Source: Candidatus Cloacimonadales bacterium (GTDB lineage Bacteria > Cloacimonadota > Cloacimonadia > Cloacimonadales > JAIOQZ01). Taken from it: a stretch of DNA of 64,000 nt. The notes below the pieces were generated by a model. It made no database searches and was not told where the DNA came from. It saw only the letters and a list, made by a program, of their open reading frames with translations. Positions 52,201 through 61,900 of this stretch are shown here, piece after piece (position 1 is the stretch's first letter; each line of letters starts with the position of its first letter). The stretch spans positions 3,744,001 through 3,808,000 of the forward strand of contig OY771587.1 in the NCBI GenBank assembly GCA_963674825.1, written 5' to 3'. Both the position numbers and the translations under genes were made by a program.

Positions 52201-52812
52201 AATTGCACGATCGTAAACAATTCATCCGGTGGAGCCGGGGGACTTTTCATTACCGGTCAGGGAGATACCTTCCCCGGTATCGAGATCATGAATACGATTC
52301 TGTGGGGAAACGATAATGACCAGATACGGTTATGGAGCAGCGAGAAGAGACTGAACATCACATTTTGCGATGTCATGGATGGGATCAATGGGATCAGTTA
52401 TCGACCGCAGGATGAAGTGACCTACTTGAATAATATCGCCCAGGATCCCCTGTTCTCCGATGAAATCGCACAAGACTACACGCTCTTGGGGAATTCTCCT
52501 TGTATCGACACGGGTAACCCAGACCCGCAATATAACGATCCCGACGGAAGCCGCAACGATATCGGAGCTTTCTACTTCACCGGACTCGGTGTTCCGGCGA
52601 ATCTTGTGATATCTGTTGCTGAATCGACCGTAACGATTACCTGGCAACCGGTCGATAGCGCCAGTAGCTACAAAGTGTATTCATGCGGTACGCCGGACGG
52701 TAACTTCACAGAGGACACAACTGGAACCTTAAATGGAACAAGCTGGACTGCCCCCATGCCCCGTGGTGACAGATATTACCACGTGAAAGCTGTTTCAGGA
52801 GACCGTGAATAG
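43258..52812 (+). CDS. Giant secreted multidomain surface protein (4x LamG-PKD, FN3, BACON-like, beta-helices), 3184 aa
   Basis: Repeated GLVAWYP.../IDDVRIYxR LamG units alternating with WDFGDG PKD units; FN3 YYHVTAV; GGGIY beta-helix repeats; ATGA overlap with the cyclase. Confidence 0.92.
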   Translation: MKSRLLLLILITFTIMNALPNAGQAITWDRDVDLTNGLVAWYPLDGNTFDFSGNHSPAIMNGDVHYVNGHFNDQDGAMFFDGNSDWLYAFEDTEPHSAYSVATWVKFADHQGDNNIFQSGWIGATWTKYSLYYNDGATISTIIGTDSAPEALHTPFTITDEVWYHIASVYSGDAIKTFVDGVMIDSVSVSICPIGGGSYNNECRIGGHLSDGEAGLHGALDDIRIYDRALNPEEIELLYYGDTFQASFFADETNVPAGTEIQFYNTSTGMPDMCLWDFGDGNSSTEQNPTHTYTEDGTYDVTLTIYRDDMQDTCVEEGYITIEYDLEDGLVAWYPFNNGSLEDISGTGNDGDDFGTTSIVTNRFNQVNQALEFDGSTSKIYLGSDDSIDYLFSTDARDSSFSVSAWFNVYTLAYQFGGYPILHIGTNSPNWQFNLGLRDETYGGELYTGSHGMLPSNLTGDNSVSTNVWHHAIVTYSGETHTANLYLDGQIIDSGVYEGGGSDCEQDSVFIGYGKAWGSHFSGKIDDIRIYNRVLHQGEIALLYCSDSIAADFYADETTQYEHQEIQFHDASEGGPTSWQWDFGDGNSSTEQNPTHTYADEGTYDVTLTIYRDDIECTTTKQAYITIENSLEYGLVAWYPLDGDAEDASGNGHDGTVDGALPCEDRFRNTDSAYEFDGIDDIIEASNTPNLIDTCHTLCCWVSASGTDGFLVGKGENGINSSPYMLHAANSRYKYTVREAPNIIHTTMEQDDYNLITWYFLVGSYNGSQVSLYVNGVIVDSTISSGTALQNQSLNLTIGSASDNNGCFKGKIDDVRIYDRALSPDEITELYQGDTFDANFYTEDTTYPRQCEIQFYDTSQGAPTEWLWDFGDGTTSTEQHPTHSYDENGVYDVTLIVRRNDLEDYCFQRSYITIEDDLEYGLVAWYPFDGTTEDASGNFPDGTPYGIDYVAGHTGDSADYACRCNSTGDHVYIFDDSETYTGYSVSAWIKFDAHDGDNVIFTNNFRHTFQLYYNDGIEFNTIINYANDTEQQDAYRYTIDVVDDQWYHVTSVYTGSQLQLYLDGEMVGYQDTDLPVIGANTENNHCYIGGHLQSGDFYFHGAIDDVRIYERPLNSAEINRLFFGDQSYNLSFTASATEVTLGDAITFTPAVTAPITEYRWDFDSDGVIDSNDEEPVYTYATSGIKTITLTTVSEFDATATHTKEDYITVTGDFFTEDFDHDGNLPPGWTTNTRANWSAIQDDGSDYCVGVELSSPGETADCTLTSPVIDCSYYDYVSISYYNDYQDLLFQDNEGYGGFVEYSINGGEWEELIHYMAETVTGIETLLLPQASQQASLRLRFRYRKPQISQTDIWKIDDFMVLGGFTDDTPPTTITDLAAENIYANSVDLTWTPTIEDHFESYVIEYGIGDFGSVWSVGQDSTLAARTTSTTRVTGLETYGIYQFRIKAYDEYDHESGYSNTAIDTVDAEYWPPLITDPYPEQPSDWHNTNTVTIGCMIDDLGIGVDETTIEYRIDYNGNGAYDAIPEEEWTSEGIEFDNPDRGKRFFPSGNEYICRAEVTYSASTTDGDPLCFEWRAKDLFGTGPTYSGTSSEEGIADDWYVIKDITPPTQIPGLFGLALSNTEIGLFLGAESCDSFFDTYQIYYWNYENVDENSWLWDKEDDPGLGDPTVTYTTITGLEPNTNYYFRVRAIDMAGNTCELCDSIEVSTVGESSIPSAPENLSLQNAGNGVLLAWDQSPQADVDCYRIYRGLESGYLALQDSLMIDTRTPVPTHSFTDVDVVSGTTYFYHVTAVTTTGQESEPSDEYSIGYISLDIQADFTVDLQEITIGDTVHFTDMSHNGIPTGWEWDFQNDGTIDSYEQNPSWLYDATGTYSVSLTVTDANGTRSTRKSAMRATRSNPEVKEDYITVNPQIPVLAIDPDSLDFGDETTELTFTISNSGTGQLYWAADESEDWMSIAETSVRFVAASRDMRNSIGGSVASDDSTQVLVSIDRTYLIEGDYDGTISVTSNGGTQDINVHMEVVGNAPDAPTNLLAYPADSEISLTWDSNTEADLGEYRLYRDTTPDPSTLVAVIDASQRTVTYLDTLLTNGVTYHYHVTAVDVLGNESDPSNEATATPVEIPTYWFVSTTGTDGPDYGSQTEPFATIQYAIDTAVSGDTIQVADGVYHENINFNGKDLLLTSEYFVDEETSHIFNTIIDGGGNNRVASFVNGESSQAILNGLTLRNGNASYGGGIYCQNTNPTLSHLRVVGNYANYGGGIALIESDCQMIRLEMTGNQALHKGGGIYLDGSNPEMINCTIACNMCISGGGAYVKNSTDVTIINSIIFGNDQWQISFGSGGSISNIDVSYSLLDENDINTGANYGYIDSSNLLQTYPLFWNAKYKPYNGTPYSNGNFRLHSISACRDAGSPVLIYNDPDGTRNDMGAYYYDINTPESEFQSTLFVSENGSNTTGTGDFTNPYQTVQYSIDQIQSTMTDTIIVLHGTYEENLQIQNSVVLGSLYLIDPWEGHIDATIIDGGTPSDSLEASGIAILNPSTRTFNSIDVSILGLTIRHGIGWRTTQLIELPDVDPYIVHRLVGGGIYVNDCTPFINANKFIENGLSGTHEGGAVYTSIDEDAEDRRTRPQLVLNYQNNWFFDNYAQVGSSVASNSFNGTIDLSGSEFDVAATLSRDECGVSNYWCANDSLISYTFDDCSGRQEAYVTNMSIQPDTLAIVLSKVYGEPSNPVTINLSAGRASPGRTLRTAFPLQIPDYVSIIGSGASSTEINPDSGSAAMLLDHSSGVSIGSLAITQGSSEIGGGLYTRDSEFSLQDVEFNGNQANIGGALFMQGSTMIVSGIVLDGNEALEGFAGAIYVENSVVYIADATLRNNVANFINTSEDAFGSGIYAYNTDITIQNLVLEDNVLPGDNSKGAGIYLFNSEGVETDVLIENVDIRNNSASYGGGIYMVRVNPTIRNVLIADNGAFMQGGAIYAKDCFPEIVNCTIVNNSSGGAGGLFITGQGDTFPGIEIMNTILWGNDNDQIRLWSSEKRLNITFCDVMDGINGISYRPQDEVTYLNNIAQDPLFSDEIAQDYTLLGNSPCIDTGNPDPQYNDPDGSRNDIGAFYFTGLGVPANLVISVAESTVTITWQPVDSASSYKVYSCGTPDGNFTEDTTGTLNGTSWTAPMPRGDRYYHVKAVSGDRE
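48958..50119 (+). repeat. About 1.16-kb near-identical duplication, copy 1
   Basis: Gap-free alignment with 62839-64000 (offset 13881), estimated >90% identity. Confidence 0.92.
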
Positions 52813-52980
52813 ATAAAACTAATAAGGTCATTCCTCGAGAATGAAGTATCTCGTCACGATTTGCGATTTCAAGGAGTTGGCGTTCGGTCGAGTTTTTACA
52901 TTGACAAAACATCAGAAATCGGTGCTATCTGCTATGAATATAGTCTTTAATAATAATACCGTTCGATGCAAGGAGCTACG

Positions 52981-55900
52981 ATGAGTAAGTTTATCGTTTT
53001 CTTTCTTTCACTTGTTTCAATATACACATTATCTGCTGACGGTGTTGCACCTTCAGGAGCCGGTACGGAGCAAAGCCCGTATCTGATCAGCAGCCTGGAT
53101 AATCTCCTGTGGTTATCGACGACGACAAGCGTCTGGAATGATGGCGCGTACTTCGAGCAAACAGCTGATATCGATGCTTCAGATACACAGACCTGGAACG
53201 GCGGGGCCGGATTCAGCCCTATCGGGACGGATGAAACCAATAAGTTTGTTGGAAACGTGGATGGGGGCAATTTCACCATTTCAAACCTGTACATTTATCT
53301 ACCGTCAAATGAAGATGTGGGCCTCTTTGGCTATGCAGATTCCAGCCGGTTCGAGAATATCACGATTGAAGATTCCGAAGTACATGGAGATGATCGCTCA
53401 GCAATATTGATCGGGCGAGTAAACAAATATTCCGAGATTGATAATTGCCACATTATCAATAGCTCTGTTGATGGAGAGGGGGGGTGTGGCTTACTATGTG
53501 GATATGCATGGCACCACTGCGAGATAAGAAGTTCCTCAGCAAGCGGTACGGTAAGTGTTACTCAGAATGCTGGTGGATGTATTGGTTATGTAAATTATGA
53601 GTGCCTTGTTGAAGATTCCTACTCAAGTGCAAATGTAATTGCCACTGGCGGCTATGCCGGTGGTTTTATCAAAAGCAACAATTTATCCATTGTACGAGAA
53701 TGTTATTCAACGGGCGATGTTCAAGGGACTTCATACATAGGAGGGTTTGCAAGCTCTGGATATGAATCAATAATCAATTGTTTCTGTAGCGGTTCAGTTA
53801 CAAGCACAGGTGAGTACTCTGGCGGATTTGCAGGCGCAGTTTTTGGTAGTGTTTATAATTGCTATACCGTGTCAGAGTTATCGGGGAATACATATGATGG
53901 CGGATTTGTAGGGTATTACAATGGCACATTGTTCAGCAATTGTATATGGTCAAATACGTTATCAGACCCGGGGACCGCTGTGGGCCGCGAAATCTCCGGT
54001 TCATACAACAATCTTGAAGAAAGTAACCACGACGAGATGAGGCTTGAAAGTACCTTCACTTCACTGGGTTGGGATTTTCTGGGTGAAACTGGTAACGGAA
54101 CCAATGAGTACTGGCACACCAATCCCAATGTTAATGATGGCTTTCCGTTCCTGTATCATGGAGAAGTTTTTGCGGATTTCAGTGCTGACATAACGGTTAC
54201 GGAAGCAGGCATCGACATTCATTTCAGCGATGAATCCGTCCCCCAAGATTCCGTTTCTTCCTGGGAATGGGACTTCGATGGCGACGGTTCGGTTGACAGC
54301 TACATTCAAAACCCTATATGGAGCTACAGCTCTACAGGTGTGTTCTCGCCTGCCTTGAGAATCAACGGCGACCACGAAAACGAATTCTGCTACATCGAGA
54401 AAACTGGATACATCGTTATAATCGATCCGGCTGACGGCACAGGAACCGAGAACGATCCCTTTTTGATCTCGAGTCTGGGGAACTTGCTCTGGCTCTCTTA
54501 TACCCAATCTGTGTGGGACGACGGAGCGTATTTCAAGCAGACCTCGAACATCGATGCGACCCCTACCTACAATATTGACAACCATCGTGGGTTTGTTCCA
54601 ATCGGGAACAATTCCGTTCAATTCAATGGAACCTTCAACGGAAATGATTACACGATTGCCAATCTGTTTGTTGATAAGCCTGCTCAAATCTATATTGGGC
54701 TATTCGGCAGGACACTTAATGCATATATTGAGAATGTGAATCTAACAAGCGCAAGCATGACTGGCGATAGATGGGTTGGCGCTCTAGCGGGTTTAAGCCA
54801 AACAACCGATATTGCGAACTGTTTTTCATCAGGCTTGATTCAGGGTAACGACACATTTGGGGGGCTGATGGGGAAAATTGATGGTAGCATTGTTTCCTCA
54901 TCATCAGAATGCGATGTTGAGGGAGGGAGAGTTGCCGGAGGCCTTGCCGGTTCAATAACTTTGGCAACAGTATCGGATTGTTACGCGGAAGGACATGTTC
55001 ATGCTACTGGTGACTATTCCGGTGGTCTCATTGGCTCGAACAACTATTCCACGGTTCAAAGGTGCTATTCGCTTGGACATGTGACCGGAAGTGATAAAGT
55101 TGGCGGGTTTATTGGCAGTGATTATTGCACATTATATTCACCTTCGAGCATAACCAACTGTGTGTGGAATACCGAAACATCCGGGATGTCAACGGGAATC
55201 GGTGTGACAGACTCGGAAGGGACCTACAGTGTAAATGGTAAAACCTCGACTCAAATGAGAGAAAAATCAACCTACACGAGCATCAGCTGGGATTTCGTTG
55301 GTGAAACGGCGAACGGCTCAGCAGATATATGGGACATTGGTCCGGGATCGAACGATGGGTATCCATTTTTCTACGATCCTATCATCATTGAGGAAGACAC
55401 GATCTGGTCGGGCCCAGTTTTCACTGTAGATGCGGACGTCACTATCGCAGACGGCGTAACCCTGACCATCGACCCGGGGACCGTCGTGAAGTTCCAGGGG
55501 CATCATACGCTGAATGTCCAGGGATGCCTCTTGGCGGTGGGAACCGAAGCCGAGCGCATAAGCTTTACCATCGCCGACACAACTGGCTTCAGCGATCCCG
55601 AAACCGAGGCCGGCGGTTGGGGTGGCATCCGCTTCGACAACACCCCCGTCACCAACGATTCCTCGAAAATCGCTTACTGCGATATCGAATACGGGAAGGC
55701 GACGGATGGGGAGCATCCTGCAATATGCGGTGGTGCAATATATGTAAATGCCTTTGATAAAATCGTGATTGACCACTGCAATATTCAAAATAACATAGCT
55801 GGTGATGATGGCGGGGCCGTTTACTGTTTTGATTCCCGACTGAGTGTTTCCTGTAGTCATTTCGAAAACAATTACGCAAGCACCGATGGGGGAGCTCTTA

Positions 55901-58900
55901 GATTCTTGCAATCAAATGCCATTATCAACGCTTGTTGCTTTACTAACAATGAAGCTGAAGATGATGGTGGTGCAATCGATTTCTACCAGTGTGATTCCAG
56001 CCGGGTAGAGAATTGCGATTTTACCGACAATGAAACCTACAGCACAGGCGGAGCAATCAATTCTTACCAATCATCACCCGATGTAATAGGATGTTTGTTT
56101 GCCTCAAACTCAGCCCAGTCCGAAGGTGGTGGGGCCATCATGATCATGGGTCTGAATTCCAACGCAAAGCTTATAAATTGTACAATTATATCAAACTATG
56201 GTTACTTGGGCGGTGGAATCCTCTTTGATTGTAACGAAGGCAGTGAACCCGAACTGATAAACAACATCATTTATGACAATACCTCCTTTGATGGCGATCA
56301 GTTGTTTCTATATACCCAATATTCGGATCCTGATATCTTCTTCTGCAATATTGAAGATGGTCAGGAAGAATTTGGGTTGAATGGCAACGTCACATATGAC
56401 GGCACCTACCAGAACAACATCGACGTCGATCCCGGGTTTGTGGGTACTGGCGATCATCCGTATCAACTGGGGGATATGAGCTATTGCGCAGATGCCGGGC
56501 ACCCGGATTTGTCCGGCCTCGACATCCCCGATACAGACCTGGCCGGCAATCCCCGCATCCACAATAACCGAATCGACATCGGCGCGTACGAGTACCAGGG
56601 GGATCAATTCCAGCCGGATTTTGTGTGGGCCAAAAGCGGAGGTTTTCTGGGTACTTACGGTGTGGATGTCGATAAAGACGGAAATGTTTACGTAGTTGGC
56701 TCTTATGTAGGTGCTATAGAGTATAGTCCCGGCTTATATACAGAAGAATACGGCACTTCGGATATCTATGTCGCAAAATTGGATCGAGACGGCAATTGGC
56801 AATGGGTGTTTACCGCTGGTGGCGTTAACGCAGATGAGGGCTCCGATATCTGCATTGGAAGTGACGGTAGTATATATGTAACAGGTTCATGCAACGGTAA
56901 CGTTACATTTGGTTCTCAGACAATCACCTCAACCGGAAACAATCTTTTCATACTCAAACTCGAAAGTTCTGGAGAGGTTTGCTGGGTTGAACCGATTGCT
57001 TGTGGTGCCACACATTCATTCAGGAATATATGTGTGGATATTGAAGATAACCTCTATATTGCAGGAGCATTCACCAGCACGATTGATCTGGGATCAACAT
57101 ACTCCGCAAATGGATCCTCTTGTGACCTCTATATTGCAAAATACACGAATGAGCGTTCATGGGATTGGGTCATCACAGCTGGGAGTAACAATCAGAATGA
57201 TTTATTGCTGGATATGGAGATCGACAAAAGCGGTTTTCTCTATGCAACAGGCTCATACAGAGGCAATTTCAGTCTGGAAGGACATTACCTCTCTCATGTA
57301 AGTGAAACCGATGTTTTTGCGGTGAAATTGAGTAGTGGAGGTGTTGTGGAATATGTTACAACTGGCACTGGGGCATCGAACGACTCTGGATTCTGTATTA
57401 CTGTAGATGATGACAATAATGCATATATCGGAGGTAATTTCAGAAGCAATCTAACTTTTGATGGTGTCACCAATTTGAATTCGGTTGAAGCAGACGACTA
57501 CGATATGTTCATCGCGAAACTTGATGCAAATGGAAACAAAGTCTGGGCGAACTCAGTCAGTAGCCTTGGTAGCAGTGATGGCTTTCGAGATTTGTTATTA
57601 CTCGACAATCAACTTAAAGTGCTGGGCAATGTAGAGGGTACAGCGCTATTCGGAGAAACTTCAATTACGTCCAATGGGGAATCCGACTGTTTCATTGCTT
57701 CGATGGACCTTCAGGGAATTTTCCAGAATGTCAGAACATTCGGCGGTACAGGAAATGATCTTTCCTATGGAATTTCATCCAATCCTGTTGGTGATCTGGC
57801 TCTCACGGGTATATTCAGTGATTCCATATGGATCGGAAATACACAACTTGTCGCTGAAGAAAACTACGATGGCTTCGTCACACAATTCGGCTACAACGAC
57901 CCCATACCCGCTTTCGAGGCAAGCTATGCTGCGGACAATCTCACACCGGTCGCGGGGGACGTTATCCAGTTTACCGATACCTCTACAGGCAACCACACAG
58001 AATGGTACTGGGATTTTGGTGATGGCAACACCAGCACGGAGCAGCACCCGACGCATGCTTTCGCAACTCCGGGGACGTATGAAGTCAAAATGACCATCAC
58101 GAAATGGCCGTTCCGGGATCGCTATACAACCACATTTACAGAAGGAGACAACCCGGAAAGCGGAATGATCGCCTACTACCCCTTCACCGCTGGAAGCGTT
58201 GCCGACAGCTCCGGATGTGGGAACGACGGTGTAAACCAGGGAGCTGTACCTGCTCCTGATCGATTTGGTATTGAGAACAACTGCTATTCCTTCAACGGAG
58301 ATGATGATTATATCACAACATCATTTACGCCGTTAATATATGCAGATTCGGCGTTTACAATGTCTGTTTGGGTAAAGGTTGATCCCTATACGAACTCTGA
58401 ATATTATGATACGATCCTCGGTTTTGAATCCTCTGGCAGCAATTCATTTAACCTGAGATATGACGCATATTCCTGGGATCTGTTTGATGTATATTACAGA
58501 GACGATAATCATGCAAATGATGTTGTAAGCATCATGGAACATGCAGATGGCGTGTGGCATCATTTTGTTGTAGAAAAAACAGTTGATGGTTATTTGAATA
58601 CTTGGGAGGGAGGTGTTCTACGTTACTCGACCGAGTTAAGTGCAACAGGAGATCTGAACATTGTGACATCAAAGAGTGTTTATTTGGGGTGCTCAAATCA
58701 CAACAATGTTGCAAGTTATGATTTTGATGGTTATATAGATGATTTCAGATTCTACAACCGTGCTCTATCCGCATCGGAAATCCAGGCGTTGTATCACGAA
58801 GGTGGATGGGATGATCTCGATCAGGGGCTGGTGGCCTACTATCCCTTCAACGGCAATGCCTCCGATGAATCCTGGAATGGAAACGACGGTGATGTCCATA

Positions 58901-61900
58901 CTGGCACCAGCAACCAGCCTGAATTATTTTTCGACCGATTCGGCAATCCGGCATCCGCTTATGGATTCGATGGGGTGGATGATTATATCGATATGGGATT
59001 CGCTCCTCAAAGCTGGCATGAGATTACGCTCTGTGGCTGGGTGAATCGAGCAGTTTATGGAAATAGCCCTATTATTGGGGAAGGTGGACAAGATTCCGGA
59101 GATAATGACCTATATCTTAGAATCTTCGATTCCAATCTTCAATTCCGGGTTCGCACACCAGGCGATAGTAAAGTGTTGCAGGATCCCAACCCGTTTATTG
59201 ATGATCAGTGGGAGTTTGTTGCAGCCACATGGAAAATTAGTGATCAGTTGAAATTATATACGAACGGGCAATCTGTGGGGTCAATGTCCGCGCAAAGTGA
59301 CACAAACGACTATGATTATTCCCTTTACATCGGGGCTTTGCATGCAGGAACGGAAGAGCTGGCTTCTGTGTTCAACGGCGTTATAGACGACATCCGTATC
59401 TACAACAGAGTCCTGACCGAAGACGAAATCCAAACGCTTTACAATGAAGGGGGCTGGGAGCAACTAAATGCCAACTTCGCTGCCAGAGATACCATTGTGC
59501 CGCTAGGGGAGGATGTCGAGTTCTTCAATTGCTCCTCAGGGCAACCGACGGGCTGGCTTTGGGATTTCGGCGATGGCAACACCAGCACCGATCAAAATCC
59601 GATCCACAGCTACGAAGAGTACGGCACGTACGATGTAACGTTGACCATTACGAAAGATGCCGATCAATCCTTGATTACGAAAACCGGATACATTCATGTC
59701 CAGGACAACGTTAACTACGGCATGATGGCCTATTACCCCTTCGACGGGGATGCCACGGATGCAAGCGGGAACTGGAACAATGGGCAGATAAGTGGAAGCG
59801 TTGTCGCGGACAGCAACCGGTTTGAGATTGAAAATGAATCACTGTACCTGACGGGCTCGTCCAGCAGGATCGCTTTGAATCCTGAATTGGTGAAGTTCCA
59901 GTATGATGAAGACTTCTCGTTATCAGTATGGCTAAAGGACGGAGGTGCAAGCGCTTCCGACTGGGTGATAACGGCAGCTACTGATGGGCATGGTGGTGAG
60001 TTGAACGGATGGGCGCTTGAAGTGAACGAAGACCACATCAGATGGTGGCTAAGCCAGTCTGCGAACGACATGTTAAATAACTATATCTACGAAGAAACAG
60101 GTCTGTGGTTCCATTGTGTGTTGGTATATGACGCTACCACGCATCAAACAGGAATGTATCACAACAACGTATATTACCCCGGCGAAACACTCAATAACAC
60201 GCCAATTTACACGGGCGAGGATTATTGCTCGATCGGTAGTTATTTTGACGATGGAACCCATCAATTTTTCTGGACAGGCAATGTTGACAATCTTCGCATC
60301 TACGACAGGGTTCTATCCTCCACCGAAATCGATTCTCTCTATCATCAGGGAGGTTGGCCACCGGCCATCAATGCGGAAATATCGGTAACACCGGACGTAA
60401 GGCGAGTTGCTGTTGGCGAAAACCTGCAATTCAATGTTGTTTCCGATGATTCTGAAAGCATCGTATCGTGGGAATGGGATTTCGAAACGGACGGCCAGAT
60501 TGACGCGACCGTCCAATCGCCGCAACACGCTTTCACGCAATCGGATAGCTATCAGGTTTCACTTACGGTTATCAGTCAATACGGATACCACCAAACCGTA
60601 TTTCTGGACGAGCCGATCGTCGTGGTCGAAGATATCTATTCGCAGGACTTCGATCTTGGCGGTTCGATACCCGGAGACTGGTCAACATCTACGCGCGCGG
60701 ACTGGGTACCAATACAGGAAGACGGAGACGATTATGCTGTTGGAGTTCAACTGGGAATGTTTGACGCCGGCACCTGGGTGCTGACATCCCCTTTGATTGA
60801 TTGCAGCGCTCACGAGGGGCTGGCTCTTATATATGACAACACCTACACGGATGCTCCAGAACTGGATTCTTCCTTACAGGGTGGATTTGTAGAATACTGT
60901 ATTGATGGCGGAGACTGGACAGAAGTGCGCCACTACAACGCAGAAACAACCCAAGGAACTGAAATCCTCGATCTGACAGGGACGGAAGGGACTTCAGTTC
61001 AAGTACGATTCACTTACACGAAACCCATGTTTAGTAATGCAGATGTATGGAAAATCGACAATTTCAAGATCAACGGAACGTCTTTCGATACAACCCCACC
61101 TGATCCGCCCACCAATGTCGTTGCGGAGCATGTGGGAGGTCAGGAAATCGTTCTTAGCTGGACTCCGGTCATTGAATCGAGATTCGATAAGTACGAGGTC
61201 GAATACGGCTTACTCGATCAGGATTTCAGCAACCTTTGGAGCACTGTTAACGATCCGTTACTTACGGACCGGACAACCAATTCAACTGTGATTACGGGTC
61301 TTCTGGATTATTCGATCTATCAGTTTAGAATGAAAGCCTGGGACCAGGCAGGTAACGTGAGTGACACCTACTCCAACACCGCGGTTGACACGGTAAATGC
61401 AGAATATGTTCCTCCCGTTATCAGTAATCCCGTACCCGAACAGCCATCGGAATGGCATAACGATTACACCGTAACGATCGGCTGCTCGATTACCGATTCT
61501 GGCGTGGGAGTCGATCCCTCCACAATACAATATCGTTTCGATTTTAACGGTAATGGCACATACGACGAGCTACCAGAAGAACAATGGACCGATTATCAGG
61601 CTTCACGGCGTCAAAGTGTTTCTCCTGTCATCTCTGATGCTGGTAGCACCAAACGCAAAAGCGATCTGCACAAGAATCAAACATTGTCAGCACTGTCGGA
61701 TGAAACGAATTCCTCTACACTCAGGAACACAATATTTTGTGAAACGGATGTCACCTCCTCCAATACGGTCTCGGAGGGGGTGATGATAAGCTTCGAGTGG
61801 AGATCGAAGGACGAGTGGGGCAACGGCTATGCTAACAGCGGCACCACATCTCTAGAAGGGATAATCGATGACTGGCAAGTGAAAATCGATGCAGCTCCCC

